From an uncultured Prochlorococcus sp. (GTDB taxonomy: Bacteria; Cyanobacteriota; Cyanobacteriia; PCC-6307; Cyanobiaceae), in NCBI GenBank assembly GCA_902621675.1, contig CACNMX010000003.1, positions 8,167 through 72,166 of the forward strand: a DNA stretch of 64,000 nt. Direction: 5' to 3'. Numbering within the stretch: the first letter of the stretch is position 1; each line of letters begins with the position of its first letter. This document shows positions 63,074-64,000 of the stretch, piece by piece. The notes under the pieces were generated by a model. That model was not told where the DNA came from. It saw only the letters and a program-made list of their open reading frames with translations, and did not search any database. A program made the translations under genes and the position numbers.

Positions 63074-64000
63074 TTGACAGCTGATAAATTAGATAAGATA
63101 AAATTTGGAACTGATGGTTGGAGAGGAATTATTGGATTTGATTTTAATTTATCCAATCTTTCAAGAGTTGTTGTTGCTGCATGTCAAGAGTTGCATTATC
63201 AATACTATAAAGAAGTTAATTCAAAGAAAATTATCATTGGATATGATCGTAGATTTATGGCTTGTGAATTTGCCAAGCAAATAGTGCCTTTTGTAAGAGG
63301 ATGTGGTTTCGAACCGATCTTATCTGATAGCTTTGTTACAACACCCTCTTGTAGTTTCTATGCCAAAGAAGTCGGTTGTCTTGGAGCGTTAGTAATTACA
63401 GCAAGTCATAATCCATATAATTGGCTAGGTCTGAAAATAAAGAGCTTTTATGGATGTTCTGTTGACAAATCTTTTACAAGTGAAGTTGAAAAAAGATTAA
63501 TGCTTGGAAACTCAATTGCAAAAATTGATGGTATTAATCAATTGGCAGATATTAAGAAATTTCATTTAGATAGAATTAAATCCCTTTTTGATATTGACTA
63601 TATTTCCAAGAGATTAAAAAAAATGAAATTGAGAATTTTTGTAGATTCTATGCATGGTTCAGCTGCAAATTGTATGGCTGAAATTTTTGCTTCTAATGAT
63701 TTAGAAGTTATTTCAGAAATCAGGAAAGATGCTGATCCTTTTTTTGGAGGAAAACCTCCTGAACCTCTTTTGAATTATGCAGATGATCTAAAACAAACAC
63801 TAATGAAAAATTCAATAAATGAAGTGAAAACTTTAGGAATTATATTTGATGGTGATGGTGATAGAATTGCGGCAATTGATGAAAAAGGAAGATACTCTAG
63901 TACTCAAGATTTACTCCCATACTTTATTAGCTATTTGGGCGAAATTAAAAATAATTCTTATCCAGTTTTAAAGACTGTTAGTGGTTCAGATATTATTAAA
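63074..64000 (+). CDS. Phosphoglucomutase/phosphomannomutase family protein (runs off right edge)
   Basis: Own translation from TTG: MTADKLDKIKFGTDGWRG...GYDRRF...ITASHNP...DGDGDR. Confidence 0.92.
   Translation, partial: MTADKLDKIKFGTDGWRGIIGFDFNLSNLSRVVVAACQELHYQYYKEVNSKKIIIGYDRRFMACEFAKQIVPFVRGCGFEPILSDSFVTTPSCSFYAKEVGCLGALVITASHNPYNWLGLKIKSFYGCSVDKSFTSEVEKRLMLGNSIAKIDGINQLADIKKFHLDRIKSLFDIDYISKRLKKMKLRIFVDSMHGSAANCMAEIFASNDLEVISEIRKDADPFFGGKPPEPLLNYADDLKQTLMKNSINEVKTLGIIFDGDGDRIAAIDEKGRYSSTQDLLPYFISYLGEIKNNSYPVLKTVSGSDIIK

Overview
AT-rich, gene-dense core-genome segment of a marine picocyanobacterium, almost certainly a high-light Prochlorococcus. The D1 protein carries the Met/Cys substitutions linked to divinyl chlorophyll, CP12 is the marine type, and thyX, ntcA and amt1 are present. 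The window holds about 65 CDS (bicA-sbtA-sbtB, hemB, mutS2, obgE, cp12, psbA, aroC, ftsH, sat, psbO, coaBC, pyrB, gatC, crtR, ileS, glmM, thyX, dcd, ntcA, psbH/N/I/K, leuCD, glyA, murJ, amt1, ispH, purH, cobS, tgt, pyrE and others), three tRNAs, several intrinsic terminators and two NtcA boxes. I saw no mobile element, prophage, CRISPR array or defence island, and I cannot support a large novel multi-gene system here. The most interesting signals are small. (1) A candidate multi-stem leader RNA starts at the predicted TSS of the DUF3155 gene, opposite an orphan histidine kinase. (2) Three genes (mpg, crtR, cobS) have conserved N-terminal motifs upstream of any ATG/GTG/TTG, suggesting non-canonical initiation. 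(3) A 42-aa ORF with an RBS lies divergent from psbA. (4) Several enzyme homologues have degenerate catalytic motifs (CobO-like, Eda-like, TM0106 nuclease), and the thioredoxin reductase looks NADPH-independent.
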